50,565 nucleotides of DNA from Methanobacteriota archaeon (GTDB lineage: Archaea > Thermoplasmatota > Poseidoniia > Poseidoniales > Poseidoniaceae): positions 1 to 50,565 of the forward strand of contig JABIGM010000012.1 in the NCBI GenBank assembly GCA_018650165.1, written 5' to 3'. The notes beneath the pieces were generated by a model. It did not search any database, was not told the origin of the DNA, and saw only the letters and a list, made by a program, of their open reading frames with translations. Every line of letters begins with the position of its first letter. The first letter of the stretch is position 1. The position numbers were made by a program, and so were the translations under genes. This document shows positions 9,401 through 16,140 of this stretch, piece by piece.

Positions 9401-9931
9401 TCATATGTCGATTATTTTGGATGCACCGATTCGGATGAAGACGGCGTTTCTGACCAAACCGATCCTTGCCCGTATGATGCTAGCGTAAGCGCAGGTATCC
9501 GTGGACAAGTCGCCTGTGAGTCGTTTGACGATGCTGATGGTGATGGAATTCCTGATGACTTCGATACCGATTATCTTGCAGGTTCTAGTGACGATGGCTT
9601 TTCACTTGGGGGTGAAATTATTGTATTGATTGTAATGGTTGTATTCTTACTTGCAGTTATTTCTGTTGCAATGATTGCTAAGCAAGCTGGGCGTCGTAAA
9701 GCAGCATACTCTCGTGCTGAAGATATGAAAGTAGCCACCATGTTCCAAGAAGAAGAAGGACGAAAACAAGAGTGGATCGACTACTATGTCGCTCAAGGTG
9801 ACACCGCCAAGGCGATGGAACTTGGTTGGGTCCCTCCTGCTGAAGTACCTCAGTGGCAACAGCACCAGATACAACAAGATGCAGCACAGCAAGAAGCGGT
9901 TCCAACAATGTTCAGCTTAGATGATTTGTGA
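6479..9931 (+). CDS. Secreted, membrane-anchored WD40 beta-propeller plus thrombospondin type 3 (Ca-binding) repeat protein
   Basis: Signal peptide; WD40-like blades (VDHSPDG, IAWSGDG, LAFSHDG, VAFSPSD, VAWSPDG, DFSPDS, VSWAPDG); many D-x-FP-x-D-x2-QW-x-D-x-DGDG-x-GDN and DxCP repeats; C-terminal TM helix and a cytoplasmic tail. Confidence 0.85.
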   Translation: MATQTRPAIIFAILMVSMVGLPLVSGADGDGDGIEDSVDDCPFAPGNSTVDKDGCPDRDGDGTSDVNDGWTSGNPSFAKDISLPSNYDYWDVDHSPDGEFVVSADENGFVRIRNATTGIIVRSVQAFTDDATQIAWSGDGVYIAVTTDAQDTVKMYWASNLSDVHGDISSDVGSGDEALDLAFSHDGSMLAIAIGRSGNSGTNGVVRVINTSDGSVINNANPAGEDRFYSVAFSPSDTHLVAGGNGEAYIVDTSSWATTYTIGTPSGSVNDVAWSPDGQRIAVCEGYVQSQGGSSLRIFNTGNWANHKTWSHSSSCLTTDFSPDSKQVVFGGSNYQTDGAKMRVFDVDTGNAVDTLEQPRPNGCQGIGNNCGRTNGVSWAPDGARIAQAFETNDEGLYIWFADLDPDNDGWNTTDQGDGRSDSFPDDTTQWNDTDNDGYGDNPLPANQGDDCPTTYGTSWQDRFGCPDGDSDGYSDEGDVFPANHEQWADSDSDGYGDNPYYSIQEFTELRYDQRGDAFPMNPTQWNDTDGDGWGDNYHDSTWNAIRPVDDPATVDVDESWPGIYDPAATQVDKFPLFRYQWNDTDGDWIGDEPNTPLSDGCPNTWGNSSEDRVGCEDADGDGWSNPTPDWPAHPTGDADTFPDDPTQWRDSDGDGFGDNTTGNNPDECPGEYGTSSIDRVGCPDADGDGWSNAGDPFPTDGTQWEDRDNDNYGDNPLGNNPDAFPDDQSQWADTDGDGYGDRKVLPNGDWFPNDPTQWSDFDNDGYGDNSEGNNGDQCPELYGESTIPAARGCPDTDKDGVVDPFDAFPEDFYQQTDNDGDGWGDNQAVPNGDECPEEFGTSTNNSRQGCPDSDGDSWADSDDKFPNDAKQWEDIDLDGWGDNYGWINTTIADEQDLGNLITVREQWGDAFPTDPSQWSDMDGDGFGDNNTGRLADAFPMRDTQWADTDGDGFGDNHALGSWQSDECELKYGTSYVDYFGCTDSDEDGVSDQTDPCPYDASVSAGIRGQVACESFDDADGDGIPDDFDTDYLAGSSDDGFSLGGEIIVLIVMVVFLLAVISVAMIAKQAGRRKAAYSRAEDMKVATMFQEEEGRKQEWIDYYVAQGDTAKAMELGWVPPAEVPQWQQHQIQQDAAQQEAVPTMFSLDDL

Positions 9932-10675
9932 TTAGGACTTCTGCGCCCTTGCAATCTCTCTACGTGCCTTTTCAGCAAGGCTATCGTCAAATGCTAAGAA
10001 TTCTAGCGAATTCCATTTTTCATCATCGTCGAGTGCATTTAATGCTTCATTGTTTGTAAGAAGTTCGTCTACTGAAATGTATGTTGGGTTTGTACCATTG
10101 GACAATTTGTATTGATGACCAGGTAAGACTAGCCAATCGCCAGGTATTTTGGATAAATAGTCACGCAAATACAACAGAGAATTACGTTGCGAGACGACGT
10201 TTCCGCCAAATAAATCAGTTCGTCCACACCTTCCTAAAAACATACAATCTCCACTTACCACTATTCCTTCTCCTATGAATGTCATATGGCCAGGAGTGTG
10301 GCCCGGAGTACAGTGAGCTTCGATTTCCAAAGAGCCGATTTTTTGCGTTACGTGTGTATTGGCTGCGTTAGACCATGCCCGATTTGATGGACCATTCCAC
10401 CCTCTTTCTGATTCATTTGAATGAACCCAAACCTGTCTATCGGTTAGCCCTTCAACGCCTTTGGCATGGTCCCAATGTGAATGTGTAAGCCAAACCTGCT
10501 CCAAGTGCCACCCGTTCTTTTCACAGATATCTAGCCAATATTCTGCAAAGAATGGGTCGATGATGGCTGCTTTTTGGGTTTGCTTGCATATAATCAGATG
10601 ATTTAGATTATCCCATTCGCCCAACTGCGCCTGTAAAACCATAATTCGCGGGGTCTCAAAAATACATTCAACCAT
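9932..10675 (-). CDS. Metallo-beta-lactamase fold hydrolase (glyoxalase II-like)
   Basis: THSHWDH, TPGHTPGH, SGDCMF, GRTDL, LPGH metal-binding motifs. Confidence 0.9.
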   Translation of the reverse strand: MVECIFETPRIMVLQAQLGEWDNLNHLIICKQTQKAAIIDPFFAEYWLDICEKNGWHLEQVWLTHSHWDHAKGVEGLTDRQVWVHSNESERGWNGPSNRAWSNAANTHVTQKIGSLEIEAHCTPGHTPGHMTFIGEGIVVSGDCMFLGRCGRTDLFGGNVVSQRNSLLYLRDYLSKIPGDWLVLPGHQYKLSNGTNPTYISVDELLTNNEALNALDDDEKWNSLEFLAFDDSLAEKARREIARAQKS

Positions 10676-10734
10676 CTTCGCTCACCAATACCATGAACCG
10701 CATTACTTCTAAGGGATGACGCCCATGGTATACC

Positions 10735-13254
10735 ATGGGCAGAGAGCGTATGCTGGCAGTGGTACTAGCCGGCCTACTTGTTGTAATGGCGCCAAATGCC
10801 TTTGCAGATACATCTGAAGTTACTTTAGATGCAGAGATTGTCAATTCCCCTGACAAAGGGTGGTACGCATCGGGAGACACCGTAGAACTTTCCGCTATTT
10901 TGTCCAATGATGGAGATGCTTCAAGCATTACAGTAGACCCTTCGTGTAACCAAATTCTCAGAGTTTGGAGTTCAAATTCAGTCGTATTCGATGGAGCCGA
11001 CTCCTGCCTGGGGCAGAGTCGTGGTATGGACTTAGATGCTGATTCATCAATAACTCTAGACACACTTTCGTGGGACCTTACAGACTCGAATGGCGATTAC
11101 GTGCCTTCTGGAGACTATTCGATTGAATATTTCATTGCGGGTGAAGAATTGTCTTCAACTGTAAATATTCATGTTCAAACACCTAGCGTCGTACCCGACG
11201 GTCTTGATTTCCAAGTAACGGTTACTGCAAGAGACGGAGTACACGCTGAAGCGAGTCCAAGCATTATTACTGCAAGACTACACAACACTCTTGACCAGGA
11301 AATGCCACTTGATTTTGGCAACTGTAAATTATCGATTAATTCTCAATTGTTTGGAATGTGTGGGCCTAGTAGTTTATCAGCCAATCAAATAGTCACTATT
11401 GCTCAAATCCCAATAAGTATTGAATCTGGGGAAAACTTGATTTCGATTTCTCTAGGAGATAATGTCCTAGCAAAAGAGGTTAGCATTATTGCTGTTGAGG
11501 ATGACGACCTAGGTTCTAGTGTTGGTAACTTAGAAGACCTGTCTGTCGAATTAATTTTGGAAGAAGGTTCTTCCTTTGGCGAATCCGATCTATTAATTTC
11601 TGACATCAATATGAAAAATACTGGCCTCCAGAATGTTTCTATTGATTTTACCACATCCTGCCGCGGTGAAATATGGATTGTCAATTCGGCTGGCGAAGTT
11701 GTAATGGACTCACGTTCTCTAAAGGAATGTTCTGAGCTTGATGTCCAAAATATGCTTTCACCAGGTAGCGTTAGAGGATTTGCACAACCGGATTGGGCCT
11801 TTATCGGAACCGATGGGTGCCTTGTAGGACCTGGCGTATTTACAGTAATAGCAGAAATACCAGAACATGATTTATTCTCGACCTCGACTATTGATTTGAG
11901 TAGAGGAAGTGTGTCTAATTGCCAAAGTGATACTATCGAAATAACGGCAGAACTCTCCGGAGAGGAGATTCTTCAGATAGTACCTGAAATATTTAATCCA
12001 ATTGAAGACGAAATTACTTGGTTGTCGACTTGTGACCTAGAAATTACATTGGTTGGTGCAGAAGGAGAACTTGGCCGAATTTTGACCCACTGTGATAATA
12101 CAGTAACGCTAACAACACGATTTACATCTCTTGAACTAGATTCGGTCGAATTTGATATGTCGGCCCAAGACGATGGTGAATATACACTCTTCTTTTCAAC
12201 ATTCAGTGACCCAGCAGTACAATCCACGATAAATTTCGAATGGCCAATGCTCTTAGACGAAGAGATTGTTGAAAATAATTCGCAAGAGGTGGAAGACATT
12301 GTTTCATCGATAGTTGTTGCCGGAACATGGAGTTCGACCAATACAGAACTAGGAGTTTGCTGGCTACTAAATTCCCCCGATGAGGGAATAATTACTCTTG
12401 CAGGCGCACCGGGTCTAACTGCTTGGAGCCCTGAAATGGGTTCTACGGGTCAGTACTTGATTCATGAATCAGACCCTGCCCCCGAATGTTCAGACTTCGC
12501 AGCAACTGCGTTTGTCGTTGAAGAAGTATATTCCCAAGAGAGTTTTGTTAGTTCAGAAGAAACTCAAGATGAGGCCGCAATTACCCCAGAAGTAATTCAA
12601 GAACAAAAGGAAATTAGCCCTGTTGTAATAACAATTGGAATGGTCGTTGCAAGTGGTGGAATCTTATCCATCCTAGGCGCACTAATAGCAACTAATGAGA
12701 GTTGGCGAATTCCTACGACGAGTGCTGGATTGTGGATACTTGGATTAATTGGACGCACTAGTGAAACAAGTGATGGCCGCTACCAAAGAGGGCGTCTGAT
12801 GGGATACTTGACAGCGAACCCAGGTTGCCACTTCCGCGCATTAATGGCAGCTCTGGAAATGTCAAATGGGCAAATTACTCATCACCTAAAAGTACTCGAA
12901 AACGAAGAAAGTATCTGGAGAAGGTCTGATGGGCGATTAGTTAGATTCTATCCTTTCACATCTCATCTTCACCCCGGAATCATGGAAGAGGATTTGCCCT
13001 TACCTCCATTGTCACCAGATCCAAATAGCCTCCAAGGCAAGATTTTGCGATTGTTAGATGATGATGGAAATATGAAAAAATACCCTACTCAGGCAGAATT
13101 AGCCCACAGGCTTGACCGCTCTCAACAATTAGTTAGCCACCATCTGCGTACGTTACAGAAGTTCGGACTTGTTGAAAAACAGAAGACTGGAGTTCGAAAT
13201 AGATACCGTCTGACTCGTGAAGCAGTGTTCTTACTCGACACTACTGAGATGTGA
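10735..13254 (+). CDS. Membrane-tethered transcriptional regulator: signal peptide, Ig-like ectodomain (two BsuPI-like repeats), TM helix, tandem winged-HTH domains
   Basis: Hydrophobic N-terminus, acidic beta-rich ectodomain with Cys pairs, TM segment VVITIGMVVASGGILSILGALIA, then RGRLMGYLTANPGCHFRALMAALEMSNGQITHHLKVLE and TQAELAHRLDRSQQLVSHHLRTLQKFGLV (ArsR/MarR-like wHTH). Confidence 0.8.
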   Translation: MGRERMLAVVLAGLLVVMAPNAFADTSEVTLDAEIVNSPDKGWYASGDTVELSAILSNDGDASSITVDPSCNQILRVWSSNSVVFDGADSCLGQSRGMDLDADSSITLDTLSWDLTDSNGDYVPSGDYSIEYFIAGEELSSTVNIHVQTPSVVPDGLDFQVTVTARDGVHAEASPSIITARLHNTLDQEMPLDFGNCKLSINSQLFGMCGPSSLSANQIVTIAQIPISIESGENLISISLGDNVLAKEVSIIAVEDDDLGSSVGNLEDLSVELILEEGSSFGESDLLISDINMKNTGLQNVSIDFTTSCRGEIWIVNSAGEVVMDSRSLKECSELDVQNMLSPGSVRGFAQPDWAFIGTDGCLVGPGVFTVIAEIPEHDLFSTSTIDLSRGSVSNCQSDTIEITAELSGEEILQIVPEIFNPIEDEITWLSTCDLEITLVGAEGELGRILTHCDNTVTLTTRFTSLELDSVEFDMSAQDDGEYTLFFSTFSDPAVQSTINFEWPMLLDEEIVENNSQEVEDIVSSIVVAGTWSSTNTELGVCWLLNSPDEGIITLAGAPGLTAWSPEMGSTGQYLIHESDPAPECSDFAATAFVVEEVYSQESFVSSEETQDEAAITPEVIQEQKEISPVVITIGMVVASGGILSILGALIATNESWRIPTTSAGLWILGLIGRTSETSDGRYQRGRLMGYLTANPGCHFRALMAALEMSNGQITHHLKVLENEESIWRRSDGRLVRFYPFTSHLHPGIMEEDLPLPPLSPDPNSLQGKILRLLDDDGNMKKYPTQAELAHRLDRSQQLVSHHLRTLQKFGLVEKQKTGVRNRYRLTREAVFLLDTTEM

Positions 13255-13294
13255 TTTCGCAGATGGATTCAAGGCCGTTGTGTGGTTCGTCAGT

Positions 13295-13311
13295 TCGCCC
13301 CGTAGGGGCGA
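13295..13311 (+). promoter_or_regulatory. Perfect 7-bp GC-rich hairpin 12 nt upstream of the leuS start
   Basis: TCGCCCC-GTA-GGGGCGA read directly from the sequence. Function unknown. Confidence 0.35.
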
Positions 13312-13323
13312 GAGGGCGTTTCG

Positions 13324-16140
13324 ATGGCGGAATATATTCCACAATCAACTGAAGAGTCCTGGCAAAAAGCATGGGATGCTGCAAATATATTCCATGCAGA
13401 ATTCAATGATGATAACCCGACATTTTACTGTCTAGAAATGTATCCTTACCCATCTGGAAAGATGCATATGGGCCATGTAAGAAATTACTCTATCGGTGAT
13501 GCAGTTGCCCGATATAAGCGCTTGATGGGTTTTGATGTGCTGTATCCAATGGGTTTCGATTCGTTCGGAATGCCTGCTGAAAATGCAGCTATCGCAGAAG
13601 GTGGCCACCCCCACGATATTACAGAGAGGAATATGGCATCCATTACAGACCAAATTAAAAGAATGGGATTTTCTTATGATTGGCGGAGATTACTAAAGAG
13701 TCATGATCCGCAATATTATCGCTGGAATCAGTGGTTTTTCCTAAAATTCCTTGAGAACGGTTTGGCATATCAGGAATTCGCCCCGGTAAATTGGTGTAAT
13801 TCTTGTAATACGGTCCTAGCAAATGAACAAGTCAAAGCGGGTCGTTGTTGGAGATGCAATGGACCTGTGATTCAGAAAGAGATGAGTCAGTGGTTCCTCA
13901 ACATCACAAAATATGCCCAAGAATTGTTAGATGGTTTAGACACGATTGATTTTCCGGAAAATGTCAAAGCGCTACAACAGGATTGGATTGGACGTTCAGA
14001 AGGAGCTGAAATCGAATTCTCAGTTGAGGGTCGAGATGATAAAATCAGTGTCTTCACCACCCGCCCGGACACCCTATTTGGTGTTACATTCGTGACACTT
14101 GCTCCAGAGCATGAATTGGCGCAGCGCCTAGTTGAAGGGACTGATTATGAAAAAGATTGGAAAACCTTGCATGATGAAATCGTCATAATGAGTGAATTTG
14201 ATAGAATCAAAAATATGGGGAAAAAGAAAGGAGTCCCTACTGGCTCCTTTGCCATACATCCTCTAACTGGTGAGCATGTACCCATATGGATTGGAAATTT
14301 CGTAATTGCATCCTATGGAACTGGCGCTGTAATGGCAGTACCTGGTCATGATGAACGTGATTTCGAGTTTGCAAATAAATACGAGATCCCAATTAAACGG
14401 GTTCTTGTAATGACTGAAAATGCAAGTGCTGATAGTGCCTTAGAGGCAGCAGAGTGTGACCTTGGCTGGATGGTTAATTCGGGAATTGAAGGTTTTGATG
14501 GCCTATACGGTTCTGATGCAAAGTCTGCTGTTTGTGACGCATTAGAGAAAAAAGGATTGGGCCAGGGTACTGTGAATTGGAAAATCAGACCTTGGTTGAT
14601 CAGTCGACAGAGGTATTGGGGCACTCCGATTCCAATTATTCATTGTGAATCATGTGGTGTAGTTCCGGTTCCAGAAGAGCAATTACCAGTTGAATTACCA
14701 CGTGATGTTGTATTCGATGGCAAGGGGAATCCACTGGAGTCTAGCGCTACTTTCTGTAACGTAGATTGTCCATCGTGTGGAAAACCTGCTAGGCGAGAAA
14801 CGGATACTATGGATACATTTGTGGACTCTTCTTGGTATTTCTTACGATATACAGATTCTATGCAAAATGAAATGTGTTTCAATCCGGAAATTGCAAACCA
14901 TTGGATGAATGTTGATTTCTATTGTGGTGGCATTGAGCATGCCCAAATGCACCTGATATATGCAAGATTTTGGACCAAGGCTCTTCGTGATATTGGATTA
15001 CATAATATCGATGAACCGTTCAATGAACTATTGTGTCAAGGAATGGTAAACAAATCGGCGCCTTGGTGTGATTCTTGTGCAATTACGCTCAATGTATCTC
15101 ATTCTGGCAATAGTTGCCCACATTGTGATTCTGAGTTGAGTGAAAGAAGTGCTAAAATGAGTAAGAGTCTAGGAAATACTGTTTCTCCAGAAGAAATGAT
15201 TGAGAAATATGGTGCAGATACCGTGAGATTATTCATTCTCTTTGCAGCAAATCCAACAGCAGGAATGGATTGGTCCGATTCTGCTTTAGAAGCTAACTAT
15301 CGGCAAATGGTTCAATTGTTCAGTATGCCTGAAAATATTCTAGCATGGGACGGTGATGCGAGTGGCATTGATTTGTGGATGAAAGCGCGCCTTAAACAGC
15401 GATGTATACAATGGCAAGAAGCAATGGACAATTATGATTTACGCGGCGCTGTAGACGCCAGTCATTTTGATTTAATCAAAGATATCAACTGGTACCGTAG
15501 ACGCGGTGGTGCAAATTCTTCCTTGGGTAGAGAAGTGCTGGAAGTTTGGACACATATGATTTCAATTGCAACCCCTCATATTGCAGAAGATTGGTGGCGC
15601 TTGCTTGGACACAGCGACTTAGTAGCAGGTAGGGTCTTCGACACACCTGGGCCCTTGGATTCTGATGAATTGGCCGCCCTTGATTCTGAAGCATACTTGC
15701 GTTCATTCCTTGAGCAAGCACGAAAGGTTGCAAAAGTGGCATCCAAGCACCTTGGAGGGGAGCCGAATTCTGCCGTTATCCATATTTCGAGACCGTGGAA
15801 AAGAGAGTTAGCACAGTCCGCTATTGCTCATTTAGAATCGGGTGAAAACATCAAGATATTTGCTAAAGTTTTAGCTGATTTACCATTTGCACAAGGTGAT
15901 ATGCGTGGAGAAGTTATGGGGTTCTGGGGTAAGAGAATGTTGCCTCAGATTTTCAAATGGTCGGATGAAGAAAAGCAAATCATTGCTAGTTCACTCGACG
16001 AGGGGAACGTCCTCAGAGTCGCTTCCGATTTCATCTGTAGCGACTTGGGGCTCACTGGAATCGACATCGAGTCCGGTGTCATCGACGTCGGCAGAAGTAA
16101 CACTGCCATCCCCTTGGCTCCCTCCATCGTCTACAGTTGA
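13324..16140 (+). CDS. leuS: Leucine--tRNA ligase (bacterial-type core, archaeal-type C-terminal domains)
   Basis: HIGH-equivalent PYPSGKMHMGHVRNY, CP1 editing motifs TTRPDT and GTGAVMAVPGHDERD, SRQRYWGTPIP, KMSKS, C-terminus AIPLAPSIVYS. Confidence 0.97.
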   Translation: MAEYIPQSTEESWQKAWDAANIFHAEFNDDNPTFYCLEMYPYPSGKMHMGHVRNYSIGDAVARYKRLMGFDVLYPMGFDSFGMPAENAAIAEGGHPHDITERNMASITDQIKRMGFSYDWRRLLKSHDPQYYRWNQWFFLKFLENGLAYQEFAPVNWCNSCNTVLANEQVKAGRCWRCNGPVIQKEMSQWFLNITKYAQELLDGLDTIDFPENVKALQQDWIGRSEGAEIEFSVEGRDDKISVFTTRPDTLFGVTFVTLAPEHELAQRLVEGTDYEKDWKTLHDEIVIMSEFDRIKNMGKKKGVPTGSFAIHPLTGEHVPIWIGNFVIASYGTGAVMAVPGHDERDFEFANKYEIPIKRVLVMTENASADSALEAAECDLGWMVNSGIEGFDGLYGSDAKSAVCDALEKKGLGQGTVNWKIRPWLISRQRYWGTPIPIIHCESCGVVPVPEEQLPVELPRDVVFDGKGNPLESSATFCNVDCPSCGKPARRETDTMDTFVDSSWYFLRYTDSMQNEMCFNPEIANHWMNVDFYCGGIEHAQMHLIYARFWTKALRDIGLHNIDEPFNELLCQGMVNKSAPWCDSCAITLNVSHSGNSCPHCDSELSERSAKMSKSLGNTVSPEEMIEKYGADTVRLFILFAANPTAGMDWSDSALEANYRQMVQLFSMPENILAWDGDASGIDLWMKARLKQRCIQWQEAMDNYDLRGAVDASHFDLIKDINWYRRRGGANSSLGREVLEVWTHMISIATPHIAEDWWRLLGHSDLVAGRVFDTPGPLDSDELAALDSEAYLRSFLEQARKVAKVASKHLGGEPNSAVIHISRPWKRELAQSAIAHLESGENIKIFAKVLADLPFAQGDMRGEVMGFWGKRMLPQIFKWSDEEKQIIASSLDEGNVLRVASDFICSDLGLTGIDIESGVIDVGRSNTAIPLAPSIVYS

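Noticed and set aside
7680-9570. Regularly recurring GAYGGNGAYGG nucleotide motifs suggesting a CRISPR or tandem array
   Set aside because: These are degenerate codons for in-frame DGDG TSP3 repeats, with no identical repeat-spacer structure. The same applies to 16300-17305 and 46480-46930.
9932-10675. MBL hydrolase as a nuclease effector of a defence system with the STAND NTPase
   Set aside because: The motifs fit the glyoxalase II-like housekeeping class, it is not co-oriented in an operon with the NTPase, and there are no other defence genes.
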